Origin: Bacteroidales bacterium
GTDB lineage: Bacteria > Bacteroidota > Bacteroidia > Bacteroidales > JAAUTT01
Assembly (NCBI GenBank): GCA_036261135.1
Contig: DATALJ010000252.1
Coordinates: 13,180 to 77,179 of the forward strand
Reading direction: 5' to 3'
DNA length: 64,000 bases
The stretch's first letter is position 1; each line of letters opens with the position of its first letter. A program made the translations under genes and the position numbers. The notes beneath the pieces were generated by a model. It saw only the letters and a program-made list of their open reading frames with translations. It was not told the origin of the DNA and did no database searches. Positions 9,279 to 17,668 of the stretch are shown here, in pieces.

Positions 9279-10433
9279 ATGTTGAATTTTAACAATTTTG
9301 AGTATCGTAAGGATAAGATTCCCTCATTGCCTGATGAGAGAAAAATTTTTATGCAGGAACTCCGTGAAAAATTTCTTTCAGAAATTAAGCAATCCAACAT
9401 TTATGCAGAGTATTTAAGAAAATATGAAAGCGATTCGGTAGAGACCTTTATATCCCATTATGTGGATAAAAAACTCAACCTGATAGAAGAATCGGAATAC
9501 CTGTTGGGACTAAGGGAACAGAGCGATGAAGAGGGATTTCTGCAAAGTGCCCGCGAAGTGCTAAATTACATTCTGCAAAAAAAGCTGTTTAATATGCAGC
9601 TTCAATGGCGGGCTAATACAATAAATATTCCGGGCATAAGAAATAGCTTCGACTTTGGTTTTTGGGAGAAGAACATCGAGTATTGCCCGTTTATATCTCC
9701 CGTTACTCCCCAGGAAATTGATGTAATGAAAAGCTTTCTTAGGAAGAACTACTTTTCGGGTTTCAAAGATTGGATGTTTTGGCAATTTTATGGTTTTCTG
9801 GTGGAAAAAGATGAAAACGGACATTATCCGAATATGCCCGAATGGTATGGGTATTACGATGAAATAATGTGTACAGGCTCTCTTTTGAATATGCAGGATA
9901 TTCGGGGCGAAAAGGAAGAATTCTATATTGAAACGGCTAAGGCTGCCGATGCTAAAGCATCCGAAAAGAAAATCAAAGATGCAGGAACATATAAACCATC
10001 TGTTTATGCACATGGTTTAGAAATACTGGATTTTGCAAGAGGTTACGAGAAGGATGCCTGTTTCCGCGAGTTATTCCGAATATGGGAGAAGGATGTATAT
10101 CCGGAATGCTGCGATAAAACATACGACTCATTTAAAACGGAATGTGCCATTAAGATCCTTAGCAATGCTGACAGGCCCGTTTTAATAGAAAGCGGCATGG
10201 TATGGCATAAAGCAGTTATACATTGCGCCGAAAGATATATAACCGATCGGGTTCTGGAAGTGCTCGACTCGGTTTATGACGAATACATTACCGTTACAAA
10301 TCTTGGTATATCCAAACGGTTCACGCCTGAAGACCTTGAAAAGGAATACGACAAATCCATGTTTCAGCACTGTTCGGAAATGATTCTTAAAGGTCGGGAA
10401 TTATGCGGTGAGCCCAGGAATTTCGATTTTTAA
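9279..10433 (+). CDS. Hypothetical cytoplasmic protein (no family recognised)
   Basis: Long uninterrupted 384-aa ORF with coding-like composition, no TM segment and no signal peptide. It is rich in W, F, Y and C and lies divergent from the AraC gene. Confidence 0.5.
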   Translation: MLNFNNFEYRKDKIPSLPDERKIFMQELREKFLSEIKQSNIYAEYLRKYESDSVETFISHYVDKKLNLIEESEYLLGLREQSDEEGFLQSAREVLNYILQKKLFNMQLQWRANTINIPGIRNSFDFGFWEKNIEYCPFISPVTPQEIDVMKSFLRKNYFSGFKDWMFWQFYGFLVEKDENGHYPNMPEWYGYYDEIMCTGSLLNMQDIRGEKEEFYIETAKAADAKASEKKIKDAGTYKPSVYAHGLEILDFARGYEKDACFRELFRIWEKDVYPECCDKTYDSFKTECAIKILSNADRPVLIESGMVWHKAVIHCAERYITDRVLEVLDSVYDEYITVTNLGISKRFTPEDLEKEYDKSMFQHCSEMILKGRELCGEPRNFDF

Positions 10434-10548
10434 CAACAATATACTTTAGAAAGACGGCAAAAACAATTTTAAATTTTACGAACAGTCTTTTTCTGTTCAT
10501 GGAATTTCCTAAACTTTTAAGATATTTGTTGCTCAAATATCGGAAGTA

Positions 10549-11364
10549 ATGCATTCTATAGAGAGAGGCCAGACCATCATTTACCAGTTTTCGTCTTTTG
10601 CCACATACGGGGAGATTGAGCATTTTGTGAGTACGCGTGCCGGAGGAGTAAGCGATGCCCCATATAACAGTCTGAACATGGGTTATGGCACCGACGATTT
10701 TTCGTTACATGTGCTGGAAAACCGTCATCGGCTGGCGTCAGCCGTAGATATTCCTCTCGACTATTTTGTTATGGCTAACCAGGTGCACGGAACAAACATC
10801 GAAATTGTAACTAAAAAACAACGCAGCCTGGGCGCTTTACATAAAAACAATGCATTATTGGCTACCGATGGCATGATTACACAAGATACTGAGGTTTGCC
10901 TGTTTGTAATGGGTGCAGATTGTGTGCCATTGCTGTTTTTCGATCCCGAAAAGAAGGTGATAGGAGCCGCTCATGCAGGATGGCGAGGCACCATCAGCGA
11001 TATGGCCGGCGCTATGGTGAGTAAAATGAAAACCGCGTTCGGCTCTGACCCTGCGCATATTATTGCGGGCATAGGCCCTTCAATTGGAACTTGTTGTTAT
11101 GAGGTTGGACCTGAAGTAACCGATGCCGTTATGCAAAATTTCAGTACTACTGAAGGCTTTATAAAAGAAAATGAAAATACCGGCAATCCCATACTTGATT
11201 TGTGGTATACAAATAAATACCTTTTAATGGCAGCTGGTGTTCCCGAAAAGAACATTGAAATATCAAATGTATGTACCCGCTGTAATCAGCATCATTTTTT
11301 CTCTTCGCGTGGCAGTAATGGAATAACCGGCCGCTTTGGTGCAGGTATCATGCTTTACAATTAA
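10549..11364 (+). CDS. pgeF: Peptidoglycan editing factor PgeF (YfiH/DUF152 laccase-domain protein)
   Basis: Conserved blocks QVHGTNIE, GADCVPLLFFD, AHAGWRGT and CTRC...FFSSR. Confidence 0.85.
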   Translation: MHSIERGQTIIYQFSSFATYGEIEHFVSTRAGGVSDAPYNSLNMGYGTDDFSLHVLENRHRLASAVDIPLDYFVMANQVHGTNIEIVTKKQRSLGALHKNNALLATDGMITQDTEVCLFVMGADCVPLLFFDPEKKVIGAAHAGWRGTISDMAGAMVSKMKTAFGSDPAHIIAGIGPSIGTCCYEVGPEVTDAVMQNFSTTEGFIKENENTGNPILDLWYTNKYLLMAAGVPEKNIEISNVCTRCNQHHFFSSRGSNGITGRFGAGIMLYN

Positions 11365-11504
11365 TGTAATTCTACATGCATTGTTTAGGCGTTACAAACG
11401 CACATGCCCCGATATAAGGTAATTCGTAAAATTCTCAATCTCCGTTGCCAATTTTCAATTATTTAGTGTATTTTTAGTTTACTAACTAAATTTAAACTTA
11501 CACT

Positions 11505-11960
11505 ATGGAAAATCAAATGCAACACGAATCTATCGATTCTGGTATCTACTCCAATATGGAATTAACTCCGCAAGCCATCGCTTCGCTAAACGAAACCCGC
11601 AAATGGACAATGTTTTTCTCTATTCTGGGTTTTATCTTTGTTGGCTTTTTTGTATTAGGCATGATTGCGTCGCTTTTTATGACCAGCCTGATACCCGTGC
11701 CTGGTGCTCAGGTAGGGCCTATTATGGTACTTCCCTTTTTGATTATTATTGCCATTTATTTTTTCCCTATATATTACTTATTTCAGTTTAGTGCACTATC
11801 CAAAAAAGCAATAGCCACTAAAAATCCAACCGATTTGGAACAAGCCATGGGCTATTTACGCAATTACTACCGTTTCATCGGAATATTAACAATTATTATA
11901 TTATCGTTGTGCGTTATTATATTCCTTTTTGCCGGTTTAGCCACAGCATTTTTTAGTTAA
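11505..11960 (+). CDS. Small integral membrane protein (DUF5362-like)
   Basis: Three predicted TM helices after an LNETRKWTMFFSILGFIF motif. 151 aa. Confidence 0.55.
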   Translation: MENQMQHESIDSGIYSNMELTPQAIASLNETRKWTMFFSILGFIFVGFFVLGMIASLFMTSLIPVPGAQVGPIMVLPFLIIIAIYFFPIYYLFQFSALSKKAIATKNPTDLEQAMGYLRNYYRFIGILTIIILSLCVIIFLFAGLATAFFS

Positions 11961-12047
11961 ACATAAAATCCCCTTTTTCAGGGATAAATACCAGTGTGAC
12001 TGGGTATACTTTTGTTCTATCAACATCTAAACTTAATTTAAATTGAT

Positions 12048-13193
12048 ATGAAAAAAAGTTACTTAGTCACATTGTTATTTTTGTCAGGTATCCTGTTTGT
12101 TTCTTCTTGTAGTAAAGATTCTGAAAAGACATCTGTTATTCCTGCCGATCCGGGTACGCCTGTACCAACTACAACGGTAAATAATCTGAATACTGCTATT
12201 TCAAATCCAGCAATTACCAATGAAGGAGATGGAGTTATTTCTATTACTTTATTAGGTATTGAGGATCCTAAAACAGGTACTTTAATAGATCTTAAAGGAA
12301 CCGGATCCGGCCAAACGGTGTGGGTTGAAGAAGATGGCGTAAATAAAGGTATTCTCGTAGAAAAAGTTAACCGGATGAAATCCACAGGCGGTTATCCTGT
12401 AGATGCCGTTTTTATTGTTGACAATTCGGGAAGTATGTCTGAAGAAGCGGATTCTATTGCAAGTCAGATCAGCTCTTTTGCCAGCTTTTTGGAAGCAAAC
12501 GGAATTGACTTACGCGTAGGATGCGTTGGTCATTATGGAGAAGTGAATGGAGCATTAAATATTACTACAGTAGATAAATTAAAAACATATTTAGGAAAAT
12601 ATACGGGCACATCGCGTACCAGCTATTTTGGAGGAACTGAGACTGAAGCTGACGCGCTGGAAACCAATGCGCAAAATTTTTGCAGTAATTATAATGGAGA
12701 TGAAAATGCAATTCCATCTTTACTATTTGCCGATAAATATTTTTCGTGGCGCCCTGGTGCAGCAAGATTTTACATAACATTTACCGATGAAGCGCTTCAA
12801 CCCGAAGTAGGTACATTTGACCTACCTGAGTTTCAGTCTAAATGGAAATATAGCAACGGTATCGTGAATAGCGTTTTTAGTCTAAAGGATTATTATTGGA
12901 ATGGAGCTCAGCCTGATACAACATCTGAACATGAAAATTCGCTGGAATGGAATCTTACAACTGCAGTTCGTCCGTGGGCATTAGCCAGACACTCGGGTGG
13001 AGTTGAGATGTACATACATAGTGATTGTAAAGATTTAGACCTTAAAAAATTAAAGGCTACTTCTATGCTTTCCCAAAGTTCTATACTTAAGCTAAAAACA
13101 ACTAATATCAGTGGAAAACATGTTTTAAAATTTGTGGTTAAGAATGGATCATCAGATGGTTACAGGATCATCAATGATGTAACCTATAATTAG
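12048..13193 (+). CDS. Lipoprotein with a von Willebrand factor A-like domain
   Basis: Lipobox LFVSSC. MIDAS-like motif VFIVDNSGSMSEEADS. Followed by an intrinsic terminator. Confidence 0.65.
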   Translation: MKKSYLVTLLFLSGILFVSSCSKDSEKTSVIPADPGTPVPTTTVNNLNTAISNPAITNEGDGVISITLLGIEDPKTGTLIDLKGTGSGQTVWVEEDGVNKGILVEKVNRMKSTGGYPVDAVFIVDNSGSMSEEADSIASQISSFASFLEANGIDLRVGCVGHYGEVNGALNITTVDKLKTYLGKYTGTSRTSYFGGTETEADALETNAQNFCSNYNGDENAIPSLLFADKYFSWRPGAARFYITFTDEALQPEVGTFDLPEFQSKWKYSNGIVNSVFSLKDYYWNGAQPDTTSEHENSLEWNLTTAVRPWALARHSGGVEMYIHSDCKDLDLKKLKATSMLSQSSILKLKTTNISGKHVLKFVVKNGSSDGYRIINDVTYN

Positions 13194-13232
13194 TGAATTG
13201 GGTTTAATAGTTTGGCTTTTCTAATTGCCCTG

Positions 13233-13267
13233 TCCCGGGAGGTGTCGCGCCTTTCGGGACTTTTTTT
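13233..13267 (+). terminator. Rho-independent terminator after the vWA lipoprotein gene
   Basis: tcccgggagg / cctttcggga forms a 10-bp stem (two G-U pairs) with a 7-nt loop, followed by c plus T7 (13261-13267). The stop codon of the convergent ORF lies inside the T tract. Confidence 0.7.
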
Positions 13268-13865
13268 ATCGGGCCATTTCCTTAATCTCGTCCATAGCAT
13301 CCATCACATTCTTGATCATTACCAGCCGCTGGTTGATATTAACAAGGCGCGTTTTTATTCTAAGTGGCCGGAATATCTGTAAGTCTTCTTCCGTCAGTTG
13401 TGAATATTTTCGCAGCAAATCGATTTTTGTTACTACAAACGATATGGCCTGGAGTATGTTTTCGTAAATAAAACTTCCCGAAACTTTCTTGTCATCGCCG
13501 CTTGCTGAATTCTGTACCAGTTCCTTTCCCTTATTTAGTACTTTACCGCGTTTTTTCAACCGTTCGTATAGCTCGTTATTCGGGTTTTCGTCGTTTTTGT
13601 AAAATATACTTTCGGCAATATCTGTTCGTAATAAGTTAAACAGTGTTTTTATTTTGGGATCGTTCAGCGCTACCTTATCAAACTTATCGAAATTAACGGT
13701 TTTCAACACTTCTATATTACCAATCACTTCAATATAAAGTAACCGCAGGTACGATGTGGTGTCCTGTTTTATTTTGCGGTATTTCTCTATCTTTTCAATA
13801 ATACTGTCGATGAAATCGACCGATTTACTTGCTGTGTCAATACTGCTGTTTATTATTTCCTGCAT
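13266..13865 (-). CDS. Hypothetical protein (predicted helical, no family recognised)
   Basis: 199-aa ORF, K/E/I/N-rich, with no TM segment. It is monocistronic between a terminator and the divergent ECF sigma gene. Confidence 0.45.
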   Translation of the reverse strand: MQEIINSSIDTASKSVDFIDSIIEKIEKYRKIKQDTTSYLRLLYIEVIGNIEVLKTVNFDKFDKVALNDPKIKTLFNLLRTDIAESIFYKNDENPNNELYERLKKRGKVLNKGKELVQNSASGDDKKVSGSFIYENILQAISFVVTKIDLLRKYSQLTEEDLQIFRPLRIKTRLVNINQRLVMIKNVMDAMDEIKEMAR

Positions 13866-14049
13866 AATCCTGAATTTTTGGGGAATATAAGAAAAGATTT
13901 CTATTCTTGTGTAACATCTTCATTATAATTGATTAATGAAATGAAAAAAAGGAATAGGGGTAAAAGATGAGCATGTTGTCTTATTATTAAAACAGACACG
14001 CATTGTTTGCAAATAAACAATTGGTTATTTTAGCCAAAAATAAAAATAC

Positions 14050-14640
14050 GTGTCATTATCCGATAAAGAATTGGCGGTTGCTCTGCATGGCGGAAACGAA
14101 ACAATTTTTGAACAGGTGTTCAGAGATTACTACGAGCGCTTATGCAATTACGCCAATACAATGGTAAATGATATGGATGAAGCAGAAGAAATAGTGCAGA
14201 GTACATTTCTTGCACTTTGGGAAAAGCGATCGGGGATTGATATACACACGTCAGTTAAATCGTACCTTTACCAAGCAGTGCATAATACGTGCCTGAACAG
14301 GATCAAGCACAACCGCGTTAAGCAGACGCATAGCGAATACTATCGGTATACTGCCGATGTGGCTATGGGTTCGGGATCCGATTTGCTTATCGGCAAGGAG
14401 TTGGAGGGGCAAATCAACGATGCTATCGATTCGCTGCCGTCGCAATGCCAGACTGTATTTCGCCTGAGTCGATTCGAGAACCTTACGTATGCCGAAATAT
14501 CGGAGCAACTCAACATATCGGTTAAAACGGTGGAGAACCATATGGGCAAGGCCTTGCGTATACTGCGCGAGAAATTAAAAGATTATCTGCCTCTATTTTT
14601 ATTTATTTTATTTTATTTTTTGAAAACAACTAACGATTAA
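14050..14640 (+). CDS. ECF-type RNA polymerase sigma-70 factor
   Basis: Region 2 (EEIVQSTFLALWEKR...YLYQAVHNTCLNRIKH) and region 4 HTH (LTYAEISEQLNISVKTVENHMGKALRILR). GTG start. Confidence 0.9.
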   Translation: MSLSDKELAVALHGGNETIFEQVFRDYYERLCNYANTMVNDMDEAEEIVQSTFLALWEKRSGIDIHTSVKSYLYQAVHNTCLNRIKHNRVKQTHSEYYRYTADVAMGSGSDLLIGKELEGQINDAIDSLPSQCQTVFRLSRFENLTYAEISEQLNISVKTVENHMGKALRILREKLKDYLPLFLFILFYFLKTTND

Positions 14641-14643
14641 ATA

Positions 14644-15666
14644 TTGCGTACCGATCCGTCACATATTGATGATTTAATAGCAAAATACCTTGCCGGCGAA
14701 ATATTGCCTGACGAGGAAAAGGTGCTTATGCAGTGGATGGAAGAATCGCCCGAAAACAAGAAATATTTTGGCGATATTCAATTCGTGCATAATAGGGCCG
14801 TTGCTTCTCATAAATATGTAAAGGTGGATACCGACAGAGCCTGGCAAAAGCTTCATGCGCAAATGAAGAGCCAACCGGCTGTTAAAGCTCCTGTTGTTGT
14901 GAAAATGCCGGTGTATAAACAGTTGTGGTTCAGGGTAGCAGCTTCAGTAATTCTTCTGGCAGGATTGTTTACCATTCTTTATAATTATTGGCCCCCACAG
15001 GAAGGCGCGCCACAATCGATTGTAATAGCAAGTAACGACAGTACTTTGTCGCGTACAATTGCAGGTTCCACAAAGGTTGTATTGAACAAACAAAGTAAAA
15101 TTGTTTATAGCCGTAAGCCAGGCAAAAAAGAAGTGGAAGTTGCTCTCACCGGCGAAGCATTTATAGAAGTTGAACACTCCAAAGACACCGCGTTTATTGT
15201 GAAGGCCGACGAGACCTTTATTCGCGATATTGGCACCGCGTTCAATGTTAAAGCTTATCCTGAATCGTCAACTATCGAAGTATATGTAGAATCGGGCGAA
15301 ATCGCTTTCTATACCGAACAGTCGGAAGGAATATCTATTAAAGCAGGCGAAACTGGTATTTATAACAAAGAAACAAAGCAGTTTTCTAAAGCCCAAGTCC
15401 CGAATTTGAATGTAGTTTCTTATAAAACACGAATCTTTGTTTTCCGGCATACCAGATTAGCTGATGTTGTGAACGAATTAAATGCTGTATACCCCGAAGT
15501 TGTTACCATAAGTAATCCCAAACTTGCTAACTGTACCATTAATGTTACTTTCGATGACGAACCCATTCAGGCAGTAGTGAATATAATTGCCGAAACCCTT
15601 GGTCTTCAGGTTACCGAAACTGGTAATGGTTTTATTTTGGGTGGAGACTACTGTTTAACGCCATGA
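14644..15666 (+). CDS. FecR-family anti-sigma factor/sensor
   Basis: N-terminal LIAKYLAGEILPDEEKVLMQWMEESPENKKYF, one TM (WFRVAASVILLAGLFTILY) and a FecR beta-sandwich-like periplasmic part. It starts 4 nt after the sigma gene. Confidence 0.85.
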   Translation: MRTDPSHIDDLIAKYLAGEILPDEEKVLMQWMEESPENKKYFGDIQFVHNRAVASHKYVKVDTDRAWQKLHAQMKSQPAVKAPVVVKMPVYKQLWFRVAASVILLAGLFTILYNYWPPQEGAPQSIVIASNDSTLSRTIAGSTKVVLNKQSKIVYSRKPGKKEVEVALTGEAFIEVEHSKDTAFIVKADETFIRDIGTAFNVKAYPESSTIEVYVESGEIAFYTEQSEGISIKAGETGIYNKETKQFSKAQVPNLNVVSYKTRIFVFRHTRLADVVNELNAVYPEVVTISNPKLANCTINVTFDDEPIQAVVNIIAETLGLQVTETGNGFILGGDYCLTP

Positions 15667-15679
15667 CCCTGAAGGACTA

Positions 15680-17659
15680 ATGAAAAATCCTGTAATTACC
15701 CCCCAAAACCTAACCGAGCGAAAATCAACATTCCGGTGGACTTTCATTTTCTTTCTGATTCTGGTCTCCGGCAAATCCTTTGCGCAAAGTAAAAATGTAC
15801 CTTATCTTGAAAGAGAGATAACTATTGTTGCGCAGAACAAGACAATTGAAGACGTACTATCGGAAATGTCGCAACAGGCGGGATTCATCTTTTCGTACAG
15901 CCCCGAGGCCTTGCATAGCAACAATAAAGTAACGCTTAATATTCAAAAAAGACCTGTTCGCGTTGCGCTGAATGAGATTTTCGACGATCAGATCAATTAT
16001 AAAGCCAAAGGGAAGTACATCATCCTTAAAAAGCCTTTGCCCGCAAAGGAAAAGCAGGAAGAAACCATTCAACTGGAAGGATATGTTTACGATTCGCGTA
16101 CCGGGAACCGATTGAACAATGCCAGTATTTACGATAAAGGCTTAATGGTTTCGGCTGTTACCAACGAATACGGTTATTTTTTGGTGAATGTTCCTGCGAA
16201 TAAACCCATAACAGCTTTAAAAGTTAGTAAGTTGGGATACAGCGACACCGCTTTTATGGCTACGTCCGAACGAAGGTTGAAAACAATAGAGGTCTCGGTA
16301 AATACAAAAGATTCGGCGCAGGTAAAAAAGTGGCAATCGTTTATTAATCTGGATAAAATTACACCTAAATGGTTGATTCCTAAAAAAACCAAAATCAATG
16401 CGCTCAATATCGGCGATTCTGTATTTAGGGCGGTTCAGGTATCATTATTTCCTTATGTAACAACCAATCATTTTGTTGGCGGAAATGTTGTAAACGATTT
16501 CTCGCTAAACATGACAGTGGGGTATATTCAGGGTGTTCGCATCCTTGAAATAGGTGGTATAATGAATATTGTGCGCGATAATGCCAGTTATGTCCAGCTC
16601 GGTGGTGTTGGAAATATAGTAGGAGGTAGGGTTACGGGTGTTCAGTGTGGCGGTATCTTTAGTTATGCGTCGGAGGTAAAAGGCGTTCAGGCGTCGGGTA
16701 CTGTAAATCTTGCAGGCGATGCCAATGTGCAGCTATCCGGAATAATAAACCGGGCAAATACAAATACGCTGCAGGTTTCGGGTTATGTAAACTGGGCAGG
16801 AAATTCCAATGTTCAGATTACAGGGATTATTAATAAAGCATCGGATAACTTTCTGCAAATCGGAGGTATCATAAACTGGTCGAAGAAATCGAACATGCAA
16901 ATAGCAGGAATTTTTAACAAGTCCAAACAGGTTGATAATATGCAGATCGCGGGAATCCTCAATCAGGCAACCGAAGTAAATGCTTTGCAAGTGGCAGGTA
17001 TAGTGAATAATGTATTCGAAAATTCGGTGCTTCAGGTAGCCGGGTGTGTTAATAGCACATTGGGAACTACGGATGTGCAGATTGCTCCGCTGGTGAATGT
17101 TGCAGGTAAGGTAAATAAGCTCCAGGTTGGACTGGTGAATATTGCCGATTCTTGCGATGGTATGCCGATTGGCCTGCTAAGCTTTGTAAAGAACGGCTAC
17201 CACAAACTCGAATTCTCGGTAAACGAGATGTTCCCTTTCAATACGGCCTTTCGCACCGGTGTAAAGCAGTTCCATACTTCGTTAACGGTTGGTATTAATC
17301 CATTCCGCTATACATCTCCGGTATGGACGTTTGGATATGGACTGGGTACATCTTTCGGCAAAAAGGATAAATTGTTGTTCGATACGGATATTTCGTTCAA
17401 CCATGTTGTTTATGGCGGCAACTATACAGATGGAAGCAATTTGTACACGGCTTACGTTGGTATAGATAGGAAAATAACGAGGAAAATGACCTTAGCTTTC
17501 GGGTTAACCTACAACCTGATGACTTCCGACATTAACACTGCCTATTATGGAGAAGTATATTCGAGGCTTCAGCCGTATTCGCTTACCAATTCAACTAAAA
17601 ATAACGGAACCAACGTAAGAACATGGATTGGCGCCCGGTTGGCAGTGAGGTTTTTCTAG
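15680..17659 (+). CDS. STN-domain outer-membrane protein with CarboxypepD_reg-like domain, tandem Q-x-x-G-x-x-N repeats and a small C-terminal barrel-like region (no TonB-dependent transporter body)
   Basis: Signal-like FIFFLILVSGKSFAQS. STN-like segment ITIVAQNKTIEDVLSEMSQQAGFIFSYSPE. QLEGYVYDSRTGNRL...GYFLVNVP. Repeats across aa about 250-500. Alternating-pattern C-terminus ending ARLAVRFF. Confidence 0.7.
   Translation: MKNPVITPQNLTERKSTFRWTFIFFLILVSGKSFAQSKNVPYLEREITIVAQNKTIEDVLSEMSQQAGFIFSYSPEALHSNNKVTLNIQKRPVRVALNEIFDDQINYKAKGKYIILKKPLPAKEKQEETIQLEGYVYDSRTGNRLNNASIYDKGLMVSAVTNEYGYFLVNVPANKPITALKVSKLGYSDTAFMATSERRLKTIEVSVNTKDSAQVKKWQSFINLDKITPKWLIPKKTKINALNIGDSVFRAVQVSLFPYVTTNHFVGGNVVNDFSLNMTVGYIQGVRILEIGGIMNIVRDNASYVQLGGVGNIVGGRVTGVQCGGIFSYASEVKGVQASGTVNLAGDANVQLSGIINRANTNTLQVSGYVNWAGNSNVQITGIINKASDNFLQIGGIINWSKKSNMQIAGIFNKSKQVDNMQIAGILNQATEVNALQVAGIVNNVFENSVLQVAGCVNSTLGTTDVQIAPLVNVAGKVNKLQVGLVNIADSCDGMPIGLLSFVKNGYHKLEFSVNEMFPFNTAFRTGVKQFHTSLTVGINPFRYTSPVWTFGYGLGTSFGKKDKLLFDTDISFNHVVYGGNYTDGSNLYTAYVGIDRKITRKMTLAFGLTYNLMTSDINTAYYGEVYSRLQPYSLTNSTKNNGTNVRTWIGARLAVRFF
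16427..17179 (+). repeat. Coding tandem degenerate repeats (about 14-17 aa units, core Q-[VIL]-[AGS]-G-[IV]-x-N)
   Basis: VQLGGVGNIVGGRVTG / VQCGGIFSYASEVKG / VQASGTVNLAGDAN / VQLSGIINRANTNTL / QVSGYVNWAGNSN / VQITGIINKASDNF / LQIGGIINWSKKSN / MQIAGIFNKSKQVDN / MQIAGILNQATEVNA / LQVAGIVNNVFENSV / LQVAGCVNSTLGTTD / VQIAPLVNVAGKVNK / LQVGLVNIAD. Confidence 0.8.
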
Positions 17660-17668
17660 AGTAGCAGA

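Noticed and set aside
9561-10013. 150-aa minus-strand ORF inside the 384-aa hypothetical gene
   Set aside because: It is shorter than, and nested within, a much longer clean + strand ORF. Because the host gene is itself uncharacterised, this rejection is by length and composition only.
11968-12012. Two weak hairpins after the DUF5362-like gene (atccc...gggat; ataccag...ctgggtat followed by acttttg)
   Set aside because: The stems are 5-7 bp with a bulge and the T tract is poor. A terminator is possible, but the structures are too weak to list as a feature.
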